Notes: a model not told the origin generated them from the sequence alone. Positions 37,868-47,687 are shown, counted from the stretch's first letter. The stretch: 64,000 bases of DNA from an uncultured Candidatus Binatia bacterium (GCA_964291295.2 OZ219754.1:2464001-2528000), one strand, 5' to 3'. Numbers and translations are program-made.

Positions 37868-38269
37868 ATCGCATTCGAACTGATCAATCCGGGCGGGCTG
37901 GAGAGGCCCGTCGGTTATTCGCACGTGGCGAAAATCTCTTCCGGCCGGCTGGTGCTCGTGGCCGGACAGGCCCCGTTCAACGCCGACGGCGCAGTGGTCG
38001 GCAAGGGAGACTTGCCGGCGCAGTTCCGGCAGGTGTGGGAGAATCTGCGGACGGCCATCGAGGGGGCCGGGGGGCGTACCCGGGACTACGCGACCCTGAC
38101 GATGTATGTCACCGACGTCGACGCGTATCACGTGAACCGCAAGGAGATCGGTGCTTCCTATCGCACGGTCTTCGGAAAGCACTTTCCCGCCATTACCATG
38201 GTTCAGGTAACGGGACTCTACAACCCGGACTGCATGGTGGAGGTGTCCGGGTTGGCCTGTATCGACTGA
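37868..38269 (+). CDS. RidA/YjgF/UK114 family protein
   Basis: INP..LERPVGYSHV, VAGQ, FPAITMVQVTGL, MVEV. Start likely ATC at 37868 behind AAGGAG; alternative ATG at 37808. Confidence 0.88.
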   Translation: MAFELINPGGLERPVGYSHVAKISSGRLVLVAGQAPFNADGAVVGKGDLPAQFRQVWENLRTAIEGAGGRTRDYATLTMYVTDVDAYHVNRKEIGASYRTVFGKHFPAITMVQVTGLYNPDCMVEVSGLACID

Positions 38270-38391
38270 TGGCTGGTGCGGCGGCGGGACGGGATGGGGC
38301 GTTACGTCGCTGGGGCGTTACGTCGCTTCCGCTCCCGCGGCCTTTTCCACCGCCACGGTCATGGGAGGCGCATTCGGCTGTCCCCGCACGG

Positions 38392-38574
38392 ATGAACGGT
38401 GACGATACCCTGGATTCCCTTGATTCCCCCACCGAGAGGGAGATCGTCAGCCTCTGGCATTCCTTTCGCTCGGCGGGTTTGTCGGAGAAGCAGGCGTGGG
38501 ACGCCATCATCGCCGGTATCGCCCTTGATGTCGCGTTCTCCGGCGGACGCTGCCGTCCGCGTCTGGTGCAGTGA
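38392..38574 (+). CDS. Hypothetical 60-aa protein
   Basis: MNGDDTLDSLDSPTEREIVSLWHSFRSAGLSEKQAWDAIIAGIALD..; helical-looking and fills the gap. Confidence 0.4.
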   Translation: MNGDDTLDSLDSPTEREIVSLWHSFRSAGLSEKQAWDAIIAGIALDVAFSGGRCRPRLVQ

Positions 38575-38607
38575 TCGGTCGGCGGTGAAGGGTGGCCTGG
38601 CCATCGT

Positions 38608-39087
38608 TCAGGTCTGTTCGGCCTGAGGGTCGGCGCGGGCAAGCAGGTCCAGCAGCGTCGCCCGGTGACGGCGTTCGACCTCCAGGAGACGCCGCAGCAG
38701 TTGGCTGTGGTCCGGCGCTTCGAGAGCCAGGCGGGAGACCTCGTCCGTGAGCCTGGCTTCAACGCGTTTCTGATCTTCCACGTCCTGGAGCATCCGTTCC
38801 CAGTGATTTCGCCCGGAGGGGATGCTTGAATCGAATTTGGCGACCCGCCCGCCGAGTTGCTCGATGCCGTCGAAAAGAAGCGCCGTGCTTTTCTCCTTTT
38901 CAGCGGCCATGCGTCGCAGCCGCTCGCCCACGAACGGGTAGGGGGCCTTTTCCGCGTGAAGTTTCAACTGGTTGGCGAGCCGGGCTAGTTCCCGGTAGGC
39001 GTCGGCCAGCACCGAACGTGTCGTGCGCTCTTCCCGCTTTGCCCGGTTGCGTTCGAACCAGCCGGTGAGGATCTCGGTCAGTGCCAT
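38608..39087 (-). CDS. Ferritin-like four-helix-bundle protein
   Basis: All-helical; HAEKAPYP..LRRMA, IEQLGG, EVERRH; clear promoter upstream. Confidence 0.65.
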   Translation of the reverse strand: MALTEILTGWFERNRAKREERTTRSVLADAYRELARLANQLKLHAEKAPYPFVGERLRRMAAEKEKSTALLFDGIEQLGGRVAKFDSSIPSGRNHWERMLQDVEDQKRVEARLTDEVSRLALEAPDHSQLLRRLLEVERRHRATLLDLLARADPQAEQT

Positions 39088-39095
39088 GGATCATC

Positions 39096-39124
39096 AGGAT
39101 AGGATTCGCCGTGCGTCATGTCAA
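39096..39124 (-). promoter_or_regulatory. Sigma70-type promoter, near-leaderless transcript
   Basis: Minus strand TTGACA-17 nt-TATCCT-8 nt-ATG. Confidence 0.65.
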
Positions 39125-39272
39125 GGTCGTGTACAGGCTTGCCGGACGGCAGGCGAAGCTGGTCCCGCCGCACACTCGGACAGTCAGGACTTGCCTTCTC
39201 ACACCCCTGTCATCCGAACCCGCACGGTTTCTTGAAAACTCCCCGCAGGAACGGTACATTCAACGTTGTGAC

Positions 39273-40274
39273 ATGGCACAGTACCCGCCCATTGAAGTAG
39301 TTCGGGAGAACGACGCCGCGGCCGGGGAAGTGACCCCCGAAGCGGTCCTGCTGGACGAGGTCGAGGACGACGCCGACCAGGCGGAGGAGTCTTCCGGTGC
39401 GCCGGCTGAATCCGATGCGCTGGTTCCCTTCGACGCACTGCAAAGCTATCTCTCGGAGATACGGCGCTACCCGCTGCTCACGCGTGAGGAAGAACACGAG
39501 CTGGCCGTTCAGTACAAGCAGTATGGCGACATCGAGGCCGCCTACAAGCTGGTGCGGTCGAATCTGCGCCTGGTGGTGATGATCGCCCGGGAATACGAGC
39601 GCGCCTTCCGCAACCTCCTGGATCTGATCCAGGAAGGCAATGTCGGGCTCATGGAGAGCCTCAGGAACTTCGATCCCTACCGCGGCGTCCGGTTCCCGTC
39701 CTACGCCGTGTGGTGGGTCCGCGCCTACATCATCCGCTACCTCATGAACAACTGGCGCATGGTCAAGCTGGGGACCACCCAGGCCCAGCGCCGGCTGTTC
39801 TTCAACTTGCGGAAGGAGAAGGAGAAACTTGAAGCCGAGGGCTTCGTGCCAGGCGCCAGGCTGATAGCGCAGCGGCTCGACGTGAAGGAGTCCGAGGTGA
39901 TCGAGATGGATCAGCGGCTTTCCGGCCGCGATCTCTCCACCGATGCACCCTTGAGCGAAGGCGAGGCCGCCACGCTGCTGAACAAGCTGACCGACGACAG
40001 TCCCACCCCGGAAGAGCATCTGGCCGAATACGAGTACCGCCAGGCCATCAAGGAGCGGCTCAAGACCTTCGGAGAGGGGCTCAAGGACAAGGAACTCGTG
40101 GTCTTTCGGGAGCGGCTGATGGCGGAGCAGCCGCTGACACTGCGCGAGATCGGCATGCGCCATGGCGTCAGCCGGGAGCGGGTTCGTCAGATCGAGCATC
40201 GGGTCAAGAAGAAGCTCAAGAACTACCTGTCGCGGGAGTTCGAGGTGCTTGAGGGCTTCAACGAGCACGGTTGA
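39273..40274 (+). CDS. rpoH: RNA polymerase sigma factor, sigma32 family
   Basis: NLRLVV, DLIQEGNVGL, YAVWW, RpoH box QRRLFFNLRK, region 4 TLREIG..VSRERVRQIE. Confidence 0.9.
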   Translation: MAQYPPIEVVRENDAAAGEVTPEAVLLDEVEDDADQAEESSGAPAESDALVPFDALQSYLSEIRRYPLLTREEEHELAVQYKQYGDIEAAYKLVRSNLRLVVMIAREYERAFRNLLDLIQEGNVGLMESLRNFDPYRGVRFPSYAVWWVRAYIIRYLMNNWRMVKLGTTQAQRRLFFNLRKEKEKLEAEGFVPGARLIAQRLDVKESEVIEMDQRLSGRDLSTDAPLSEGEAATLLNKLTDDSPTPEEHLAEYEYRQAIKERLKTFGEGLKDKELVVFRERLMAEQPLTLREIGMRHGVSRERVRQIEHRVKKKLKNYLSREFEVLEGFNEHG

Positions 40275-40306
40275 AGTCGCCGGCGGAGTTCTGCTAAGAA
40301 TCCGTT

Positions 40307-40759
40307 ATGATTTTCGAGAACAGTATCGAGATCGGAGTGTCGCGAGACACGGCTTGGGATTTCCTCTGGGACGTGGATCGGCTGATTGCCTGCGTCCCGG
40401 GCTGCGAAGAGGCGTCCACCGTCGAGGCCGGCAAGCGTTACAACGCCAGGATGGTGGCCCGGGTGGGTCCCTTCAAGGTCACCTTCCCCATCGGGATCGA
40501 GGTTCTGGAGAACGAGCCGAAGGCCCGGATCAAGGCCCGTGCTTCCGGCAGCGACAACAAGATCGGGAGCCACCTGAAGGTGGACATCGACGTTTCGCTG
40601 GAGGATCGGGGCGAAGCGACGCTTGTCCGTATCGTCGCCTCCGTGGATATCCTCGGCAAGTTGGCGACCCTGGGCCACAGCATCATCAAGCGCAAGGCCG
40701 ACAACGACATGGCCAGATTCGCCCAGGCCGTCAAAGAGGAACTCGAGGGAGGAGCCTGA
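40307..40759 (+). CDS. CoxG/SRPBCC family protein
   Basis: AWDFLWD..IACVPG, VGPFK, GKLATLG. Confidence 0.85.
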   Translation: MIFENSIEIGVSRDTAWDFLWDVDRLIACVPGCEEASTVEAGKRYNARMVARVGPFKVTFPIGIEVLENEPKARIKARASGSDNKIGSHLKVDIDVSLEDRGEATLVRIVASVDILGKLATLGHSIIKRKADNDMARFAQAVKEELEGGA

Positions 40760-40762
40760 TCC

Positions 40763-41632
40763 ATGCTGCATCCGTTCCGCCTGGAAGAGCCGGAGAGCGT
40801 CAAGGAAGCGTCCGAGTCTCTTGCCCGGTACGGCGATTCCGCCAAGGTCTACGCCGGCGGTACCGAGTTGCTGCTGGCCATGAAGGAAGGACTCGTCCAT
40901 TTCGACTGCCTGGTCAACGTCAAGAAGATCCCCGGCCTGGACCGGATTGCCCGAAACAACGGCAGCGTGAGGCTGGGAGCCTTGAGCACGCACCGGCAGC
41001 TTGAACAGTCCGAAACGCTGCAGCAAGAGTTGCCGGTGCTGGTGGAGATGGAGCGGAACGTGGCGAACCTGCGGGTGCGCGAGGTGGGGACCATCGGTGG
41101 CAACCTGACCTTTGCCGAGCCTCATGCGGACCCCGGCACCCTGCTGCTGGCCCTGGACGCCACGGTGGTGGCGCGGAAGGCCGGCGGCGAGCGGCAGATC
41201 CCCATGACCGACTTCTTCGTGGATGCCTACGAGGCGGCGCTCGAAGAGGACGAGTTGCTGACCGAGATCGTGGTCCCGTTGCCGGATGCCAGGGCCGCGG
41301 TGCGCTACCGCAAGTTCGGCTATCTGGAACGGCCGAGCGCCGGCGTGGCGTTGCACGTGATGGCGGACGAGGCGCGGGAGTCGGTGACAGACGCGCGCGT
41401 CGCCGTGGGCTGCGTCGGCCCGAAGCCGATGCGGGTGGAGGAGGCGGAGGCGCGGTTGAGGGGCAGGAGTCTTGATGAGGCGGCGAGCCTGATGGCCGAG
41501 GCCGGCGACATCGCCGGACGGGCGGCGGATGCCATCACCGACCTGCACGGCTCCGCCGAGTACAAGGAACACATCGTCAAGGTCCTGTTGACCCGGGCCT
41601 TCAACGACATTCGCGCCGAACTGGCCGGTTGA
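40763..41632 (+). CDS. Xanthine/CO dehydrogenase family FAD-binding (M) subunit
   Basis: AGGTELL, VREVGTIGGNL..AEPHAD, DLHGSAEYK. Confidence 0.92.
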   Translation: MLHPFRLEEPESVKEASESLARYGDSAKVYAGGTELLLAMKEGLVHFDCLVNVKKIPGLDRIARNNGSVRLGALSTHRQLEQSETLQQELPVLVEMERNVANLRVREVGTIGGNLTFAEPHADPGTLLLALDATVVARKAGGERQIPMTDFFVDAYEAALEEDELLTEIVVPLPDARAAVRYRKFGYLERPSAGVALHVMADEARESVTDARVAVGCVGPKPMRVEEAEARLRGRSLDEAASLMAEAGDIAGRAADAITDLHGSAEYKEHIVKVLLTRAFNDIRAELAG

Positions 41633-41673
41633 TCGGCCGGCGGGACACTGGAATCGAGCGGAGGCCAGCGGTT

Positions 41674-42165
41674 ATGGCGGACAGGCAACGGCAGACCATC
41701 CCGTTATCGTTTGATGTCAACGGGAGTCGCTACGACATCGAGGTGGAACCGCACGAACTTCTCCTGGACGTGATCCGCAAGCGGCTGGGCCTCACCGGCA
41801 CCAAGCGCTCCTGCGACGTGCAGGTGTGCGGCGCATGCACGGTGTTGCTGGACGGGCGCCCGGTGAGTTCGTGTACCTTGCCGGCCTTCGAGGCCAGGGA
41901 CAAGGATGTGCTCACCATCGAGGGAATGGCCCGGGACGGCAAGCTGCATCCGATTCAGGAGGCGTTCATCAAGTATGGCGGCTTCCAGTGCGGGTTCTGC
42001 ACGCCCGGCATGATCCTTACCGCGAAGACCCTGCTCGATGAGAACCCGCACCCTTCCGAAGAAGAGGTCATCGAGTACATGAACGGCAACATCTGCCGTT
42101 GCACCGGCTACAAGAAGATCGTCGAGTCCATCATGGGGGTGGGCAAGGACGGCGAGCCTGCCTGA
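41674..42165 (+). CDS. Xanthine/CO dehydrogenase family 2Fe-2S (S) subunit
   Basis: C..CGACTV..SC, QCGFCTPG, NICRCTGY. Confidence 0.93.
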   Translation: MADRQRQTIPLSFDVNGSRYDIEVEPHELLLDVIRKRLGLTGTKRSCDVQVCGACTVLLDGRPVSSCTLPAFEARDKDVLTIEGMARDGKLHPIQEAFIKYGGFQCGFCTPGMILTAKTLLDENPHPSEEEVIEYMNGNICRCTGYKKIVESIMGVGKDGEPA

Positions 42166-42323
42166 GACTTCCCTTTACGCCACTCCTCCCTGCGTCATTG
42201 TCGCGCAGTCCCGCATCCCGCCAGGGTGAGGCCGCGACCACTCCGCCGGTCATACATCTCCGCCCTCGAGAGTCCCGCTTTCGCGGTCGCGAGGGCTGTG
42301 CGGGAGCCTCGGCTTGTCCGGTA

Positions 42324-43247
42324 TCAGGCACGAATCTCGGTGCGCATGAACTTGATGTAGGCAATGCCGAAGCACAGCGCCACCAGCGCCACCAGGGTCA
42401 GGAACATCGGCCAGATGAGCCGCAGGCTCTGATCCAGGCTGAGCGGGGTGATGAGCAGGGCCTCGAGTTGGCCGAGCTGTTCCGGCAGGACCGGAACGAG
42501 GCTCCGCGCCACCGGATTCAACAGCAGGCGCACCGATTCGCTGTACAGCAGGCTCGGGGACAGGCGTCCCAGGACGGTCTCGATGGTCGCGAGCCGGGTC
42601 ATTTCCTCGGCCGTTCCGGGATTGGGTACGACAAGCCCGGCCACGAAGCTCGCGAGGACACCGATGAAGATGCCCAGGAAGAGCCACAGGGCGATGGCGG
42701 CCAGCGCCGCGGTGACGGTCTTCCGGAGCAGCATGGACAGCAGCATGGCGAGGGCCAGCCAGAAGCCCGTGTAGGCGATGCCGATGATGCCGAAGAAGAG
42801 CATGCGCCAGAGCTCCTCGGCATTGGGCAGGAAGCCGATCAGGGTGATGCCCAGGCCGACCACCACCAGCAGGATCGATGCCCACAGGATGGCGAGGGTG
42901 GTCAGCCCCGCCAGGAATTTCCCGTTGATCAGACTGTCCCGGTAGATGGGTTGCGAGAGCACCCGACTCAGCGTTCCCCGTCCGTATTCGCCGCTGATGC
43001 TGTCGAAGCCCAGCGTAATGCCCACCAACGGACCGAAGAACCCCAGGAACGTGGCCAGGGAAAAGAACAGGGACTCGGTGGTGAGGAGGCTCAGGAAGGC
43101 GTGATCCGTGCTTTGCACCACCTGCTGTATCGACTGCCCCGTGATGTAGACCGCCAGGATCCCCGGCAGCATGATCAGCGCCAGGAGGATCATGAAGCGC
43201 AGGCTGCTGAAATGGTCGGAAAGCTCTTTCCAATAGACGACGGTCAT
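42324..43247 (-). CDS. ABC-2 type transporter permease
   Basis: KELSDH, GFDSISGEYGRGTL..LSQPIYRD..GKF. Confidence 0.88.
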   Translation of the reverse strand: MTVVYWKELSDHFSSLRFMILLALIMLPGILAVYITGQSIQQVVQSTDHAFLSLLTTESLFFSLATFLGFFGPLVGITLGFDSISGEYGRGTLSRVLSQPIYRDSLINGKFLAGLTTLAILWASILLVVVGLGITLIGFLPNAEELWRMLFFGIIGIAYTGFWLALAMLLSMLLRKTVTAALAAIALWLFLGIFIGVLASFVAGLVVPNPGTAEEMTRLATIETVLGRLSPSLLYSESVRLLLNPVARSLVPVLPEQLGQLEALLITPLSLDQSLRLIWPMFLTLVALVALCFGIAYIKFMRTEIRA

Positions 43248-43251
43248 GGCG

Positions 43252-44187
43252 CTACTCCGTCTCCCTGAAATATTTCAGGTAGATCTCTTCCAGCGTGGGA
43301 TCCTCGACGCGGAGCTGCATCAGGTCAAGGCTCCGGTCCCGGATCAGGCCCATGAGTTCCGGTCTCACGTCGCGGGTACAGCGGATGAACCATCCGGCGC
43401 CCCGGCGTTCGCACTGGTCCACCCCCGGCAGCGTGTTGAGGGCATCCTCCAGGGGCGGGTCGTCGCCAACCTCCACCAGGAAGTTCCACTGGTGCTCTTT
43501 GAGGATGGCCCTGCCGAGTTCGTCGGGACTGCCCTGCACGATCATCCGGCCTTGCACGATGATGCCGATGCGCTGACACACCTGTTGCACCTGGTGCAGA
43601 AGGTGTGAGCAGAGCAGGACGGTGAGGCCGCGCTCGCGCTGGAGTTCGGTGATGAGGTCGAGAAGCCGTGTCACTCCGTCGGGATCGATCCCCAGGGTGG
43701 GCTCGTCCAGAATGATGACCTCCGGCTCCTTCACCAGCACTTCGCCGATTCCCAGCCGCTGCTTCATGCCGCGGGAGAATTCCCGCACCGGCCGGTTGGC
43801 GTCGTCGGTCAGGCCCACCTGGTCCAGCACCCGGTGCAGTTGCCCGTCGATTCGCTGCTCGTCGATCCGGTTGAGCCGGGCGATGTAGGCCAGATTCTCC
43901 CGCGCTGTCAGATCCTCGTAGAAACCGGGGTTCTCCGGCAGGTAGCCGACGCGGCGCTTGACCTCCAGCGGCCGGGTGCCGGGGTTGAACCCGCACACCG
44001 ACGCCGCGCCCTGGGTGGGTTCGGTGAGCCCCAGCAGCATCAGGATGGTCGTGGTCTTGCCGGCGCCATTGGGGCCGAGAAAACCGAACACTTCGCCCCG
44101 GGGGATCTCCAGGTCCAGATCGCTCACCGCGATCTTGTCCCGGTAGCGCTTCGTCAACCCCTCGGTCCGGATGATGTGGCCGCTCAT
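43252..44187 (-). CDS. ABC transporter ATP-binding protein
   Basis: GPNGAGKTT, FSRGMKQR, ILDEPT. Confidence 0.92.
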   Translation of the reverse strand: MSGHIIRTEGLTKRYRDKIAVSDLDLEIPRGEVFGFLGPNGAGKTTTILMLLGLTEPTQGAASVCGFNPGTRPLEVKRRVGYLPENPGFYEDLTARENLAYIARLNRIDEQRIDGQLHRVLDQVGLTDDANRPVREFSRGMKQRLGIGEVLVKEPEVIILDEPTLGIDPDGVTRLLDLITELQRERGLTVLLCSHLLHQVQQVCQRIGIIVQGRMIVQGSPDELGRAILKEHQWNFLVEVGDDPPLEDALNTLPGVDQCERRGAGWFIRCTRDVRPELMGLIRDRSLDLMQLRVEDPTLEEIYLKYFRETE

Positions 44188-45413
44188 CGCCGTCCAAGCC
44201 GAATGAAGACCGCCACCAGGCCGAGCACCACCAAGGCCACGATGAATGCGCCGATCCAGCCCCAGATGGTGGGCGTCGACACGGTGACCCGGAAGTCGAT
44301 GGACTTGTTGGTGTCCGGGCTGTTGGTGGAGACGTTGAGCATGTAGTCGCCCGCCAGTGCCCGGTCCGGAGCGGCGATCTCCATCTTCACCTCGCGGATC
44401 TCTCCGGGGTTCAGGGAGTCGACCTTGTCGGGGCGGAACCCGACCTCCCACTGGTCGGGTTTCGATGAGATGAAGGAGAGATTGGTGAGGGGGGCCGTAC
44501 CCGCGTTCTGCACCAGAAAGTCCACCTGCGACTTCTCGCCGGCGGTCACCGAGGCGTTGAGGCGGCCGGTGGCGGTACCCATGTTCAATTGCTGCGTTCC
44601 GGCCAGCGAGATCTTGAGGTCTGCCTGTGCGGAAAGGCTGCCCGAGCGTGCCTTGACCACAACCGGATAGTCACCGGGCTCACCCTGCAGCGGAGGCTGA
44701 ATCTCGACGCTCAGGGTCTCGGTGGAGTCCTTCTTGAGCGCGATGGAGGAGATCTGCGTTTCCTCGAACTGGGGCTTGATCCGCACCACCCAACCCGGCG
44801 GGGCCTGCGCGGCCAGCGCGGTGGTCAGCGGGTTGTCGGTTTCGTTCTTGAGGTCGATGCTGAACTTGAAAGTCTGGCTGGTGTTGCCGCTCAGCACCGG
44901 ATACTGGCTCTCCATCTTTATGCCGCCGGTGTCCACCTTCTTGGCGGAGACACGAAAGGCGACCTTGGCGTTTTCGATCTTTTCGCCTTTGTCGTCCCTT
45001 GCCGTCACCGCCACCTCGTAGTCGCCCGGCTCCACCTTGTCGGGCAGCTTGACCTTGAGTTCCAGGGTGGCGGACTTGCCGCCCTGGACCATGATGCCGC
45101 CCACCGGATAGCTCGGGTATCTGGAATGGAATGCGGCGGTCCACCCTTCAGGCAGCGAGGCGGTCTCCAGCGCGACGCGCACCGATGCCTTTCTCGGATT
45201 GACGACCTCGGCGTCCATCTCGAACTCCTGGCCGGGCCCGACGGTGATGTCGGTGTAGGCCATGATCAATTCGAACGGTTCCTTTTCCTCGTCCGGGATG
45301 TCCGATTGCGCGGTCGCCTGTTCCGGGGTTTCGTGTGACGTACCCGACAGCGGCCAGAAGGCCACCAGAGCGGTGAGCAACAGCCAGACAAGATGAGCCC
45401 TGCGAATCCTCAT
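44184..45413 (-). CDS. Exported Ig-like (NEW3/NPCBM-associated) repeat protein with C-terminal TM, ABC-associated
   Basis: Signal peptide, three repeats with P.GW and PGDY.V patterns, C-terminal hydrophobic helix ending GRR. Confidence 0.75.
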   Translation of the reverse strand: MRIRRAHLVWLLLTALVAFWPLSGTSHETPEQATAQSDIPDEEKEPFELIMAYTDITVGPGQEFEMDAEVVNPRKASVRVALETASLPEGWTAAFHSRYPSYPVGGIMVQGGKSATLELKVKLPDKVEPGDYEVAVTARDDKGEKIENAKVAFRVSAKKVDTGGIKMESQYPVLSGNTSQTFKFSIDLKNETDNPLTTALAAQAPPGWVVRIKPQFEETQISSIALKKDSTETLSVEIQPPLQGEPGDYPVVVKARSGSLSAQADLKISLAGTQQLNMGTATGRLNASVTAGEKSQVDFLVQNAGTAPLTNLSFISSKPDQWEVGFRPDKVDSLNPGEIREVKMEIAAPDRALAGDYMLNVSTNSPDTNKSIDFRVTVSTPTIWGWIGAFIVALVVLGLVAVFIRLGRR

Positions 45414-45497
45414 AAACCGACCTCCAGGATTTGGTTCCCGTACAGTTAAGCATGTCGAACACTTGAGTCAATCCCGGCGGCGGTCGAAGGCGGCCGT

Positions 45498-45950
45498 CTA
45501 CACCTTCCCGAGCTGTCGGAGACTCTCGTAGAGAACGATGGAGACGGCATTGGCCAGGTTCAGGCTCCTTACCTCGAGGTTCATCATGGGAATGACATAG
45601 CTGTCGGCTTCGTTGGCGTCGAGGAGGCTCTGGGGCAGACCCCGGGTCTCGGGTCCGAATACGAGGAAATCATCCTCTCGGAACCGGGCGGAAGCATACG
45701 ATTTCACGGCTTTCTTCGTGAAATAGTGCCGTTGTCCGCGGCCCTGGGTGTCGACGAACTCCCGCCACGATCCGTGCACCCGGAGGTCCACATGGGGCCA
45801 GTAGTCGAGGCCGGCGCGCTTGAGGTGTCTGTCGTCGAGCTGGAAGCCCAGCGGCTCGATCAGGTGCAGCGGGCTCCGGGTGGCGGCGCACAGTCGCGCC
45901 ACCGAGCCCGTGTTGGGCGGGATCTCGGGTTCGAAAAGCACGACGTTCAT
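45498..45950 (-). CDS. trmL: tRNA (cytidine/uridine-34 2'-O)-methyltransferase
   Basis: EPEIPPNTG, LKRAGLDYW, FGPETRGLP, RSLNLAN. Confidence 0.95.
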   Translation of the reverse strand: MNVVLFEPEIPPNTGSVARLCAATRSPLHLIEPLGFQLDDRHLKRAGLDYWPHVDLRVHGSWREFVDTQGRGQRHYFTKKAVKSYASARFREDDFLVFGPETRGLPQSLLDANEADSYVIPMMNLEVRSLNLANAVSIVLYESLRQLGKV

Positions 45951-45978
45951 GGCTGCCTGGCTCCGGTGCGGACGGGGC

Positions 45979-46434
45979 TCAATCCTTTCTTCGTGCGCTG
46001 TCGATGAGGAAGGTTGCCGGGCCGTCGTTTACCAAGGACACCTTCATGGCGGCCTGGAAATTCCCGGTACACACCCGCGGGCCATCCGGGACGCGAAGCC
46101 GGTCCACGAAGTTCCGGTACAGCCGGCCCGCTTCCTCCGGGGCGGCGGCGTCCGTCAGCGAGGGGCGGCGGCTCTTGCGCGTGTCGCCGTACAGGGTGAA
46201 CTGGGAAACCACCAGGATCTCGCCCCGGGTGTCCCTCACGGACCGGTGGAATCTGCCGGCGTCGTCGGGGAAGACCCGCAGGTTCAGGAGCTTGTCCGCC
46301 AGGTAGGCGCCGTCCTCTTCGGTATCCTCCCTGCCGACGCCCAGGAACACGCAGAGGCCGGGGCCGATGGCCGAAACCGTCCTGTCGTCGACCTTCACGT
46401 CCGCGCGTTCGACTCTCTGGAGCAAAGCTCTCAT
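45979..46434 (-). CDS. dtd: D-aminoacyl-tRNA deacylase
   Basis: MRALLQRV, LRVF, SQFTL, NDGP. Confidence 0.95.
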   Translation of the reverse strand: MRALLQRVERADVKVDDRTVSAIGPGLCVFLGVGREDTEEDGAYLADKLLNLRVFPDDAGRFHRSVRDTRGEILVVSQFTLYGDTRKSRRPSLTDAAAPEEAGRLYRNFVDRLRVPDGPRVCTGNFQAAMKVSLVNDGPATFLIDSARRKD

Positions 46435-46688
46435 GATGGACAGTGACTGCCGGCCATGGACGCCGACAAGAAGGCGAACCCGGAATGCTGCCAGGTTCTC
46501 TGGTCCGATTCCTTGATTTCTCGAACTCGTTCCGACTAACAATAGTTCCACGATTATTCAAGCGGGCCTCTTCCCGCCACGCCGGCGTCCCGCCACTGCG
46601 GACATCCCGGGCCGCTGGTATTCCAGGTTCCCGTACCGTTCCCGTACCACTTGATGCGCACCCATCCGCAACCCCGGTGTCCGACCCC

Positions 46689-47687
46689 ATGAGCATCATC
46701 CTCGTTACCGGGGTCTGCGGCTTCATCGGCTGGAAGGTCTGCGAGAAGTTGCTGGCCGAAGGCCGGTCCGTCGTCGGGCTGGACAACCTGAACGACGCCT
46801 ACGACGTGCGCCTCAAGGAGTGGCGCCTGACCCGGCTCCGGCGTGCGCCCGGATTCGCGTTCCACCGCGTCGACATCGGCGACCGTGACGCCGTGGCGTC
46901 GTTCGGGCAGTCGGCGGCGGGGTTGGCGGCGAAAAACGGCCGGATCGACGCGGCGATCCATCTCGCCGCCAGGGCCGGAGTGCGCGCGTCGGTCGCCGAC
47001 CCGTGGGCATACGTGTCCACCAACGTGGCGGGAACCCTGAACGTGCTGGAGCTTTGCCGGAACCTGGAGATCCCCAGATTCGTGCTGGCCTCCACATCGA
47101 GCCTCTACGGCGCGGACACCCCGGCGCCCTTCCGGGAGGACGCCGGCACCAGCCGGCCGCTCTCCCCGTACGCCGCCTCGAAGAAGGCCGCCGAGGCCAT
47201 GACCCACAGCTACCACGCTCTCCACGGCATTGATGCCACGGTGCTCCGGTTCTTTACCGTCTACGGCCCGGCTGGCCGCCCCGACTCGAGCCTCTTCCGG
47301 TTCGTCCAGTGGATCAGCGAGGGCCGGGAAGTGGTGGTCTTTGGCGACGGCACTCAGCGGCGCGACTTCACCTGCGTCGAAGACATCGCCCGCGGAGTCC
47401 TGGCGGCCTTGGCCGCACCGCCGGGCTACGAGGTCGTCAACCTGGGTTCGGACAGCCCCATCGTCCTGAACGACGCCATCCGCCTCATCGCCGACACGCT
47501 GGGCCGGGAGGCCGTGATACGCCGTGAGGCGCGCCACCCGGCCGACGTGGCGTCCACCTGGGCCGACATCTCCAAGGCCCGGCGGCTCCTGGGCTGGGAA
47601 CCGGCAACCGACTTCGCCTCCGGCGTCCGCGCACTGGTGGACTGGTACCGCCGGAACCGCGACTGGGCGAAGGATATCGCGACCTGA
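46689..47687 (+). CDS. NAD-dependent epimerase (UDP-glucuronate 4-epimerase-like)
   Basis: TGVCGFIG, HLAARAGVR, YAASK, RFFTVYGP.GRPD, RDFT. Confidence 0.9.
   Translation: MSIILVTGVCGFIGWKVCEKLLAEGRSVVGLDNLNDAYDVRLKEWRLTRLRRAPGFAFHRVDIGDRDAVASFGQSAAGLAAKNGRIDAAIHLAARAGVRASVADPWAYVSTNVAGTLNVLELCRNLEIPRFVLASTSSLYGADTPAPFREDAGTSRPLSPYAASKKAAEAMTHSYHALHGIDATVLRFFTVYGPAGRPDSSLFRFVQWISEGREVVVFGDGTQRRDFTCVEDIARGVLAALAAPPGYEVVNLGSDSPIVLNDAIRLIADTLGREAVIRREARHPADVASTWADISKARRLLGWEPATDFASGVRALVDWYRRNRDWAKDIAT

Noticed and set aside
40307-42165. Aerobic CO dehydrogenase
   Set aside because: No large subunit is present, so the substrate cannot be assigned.
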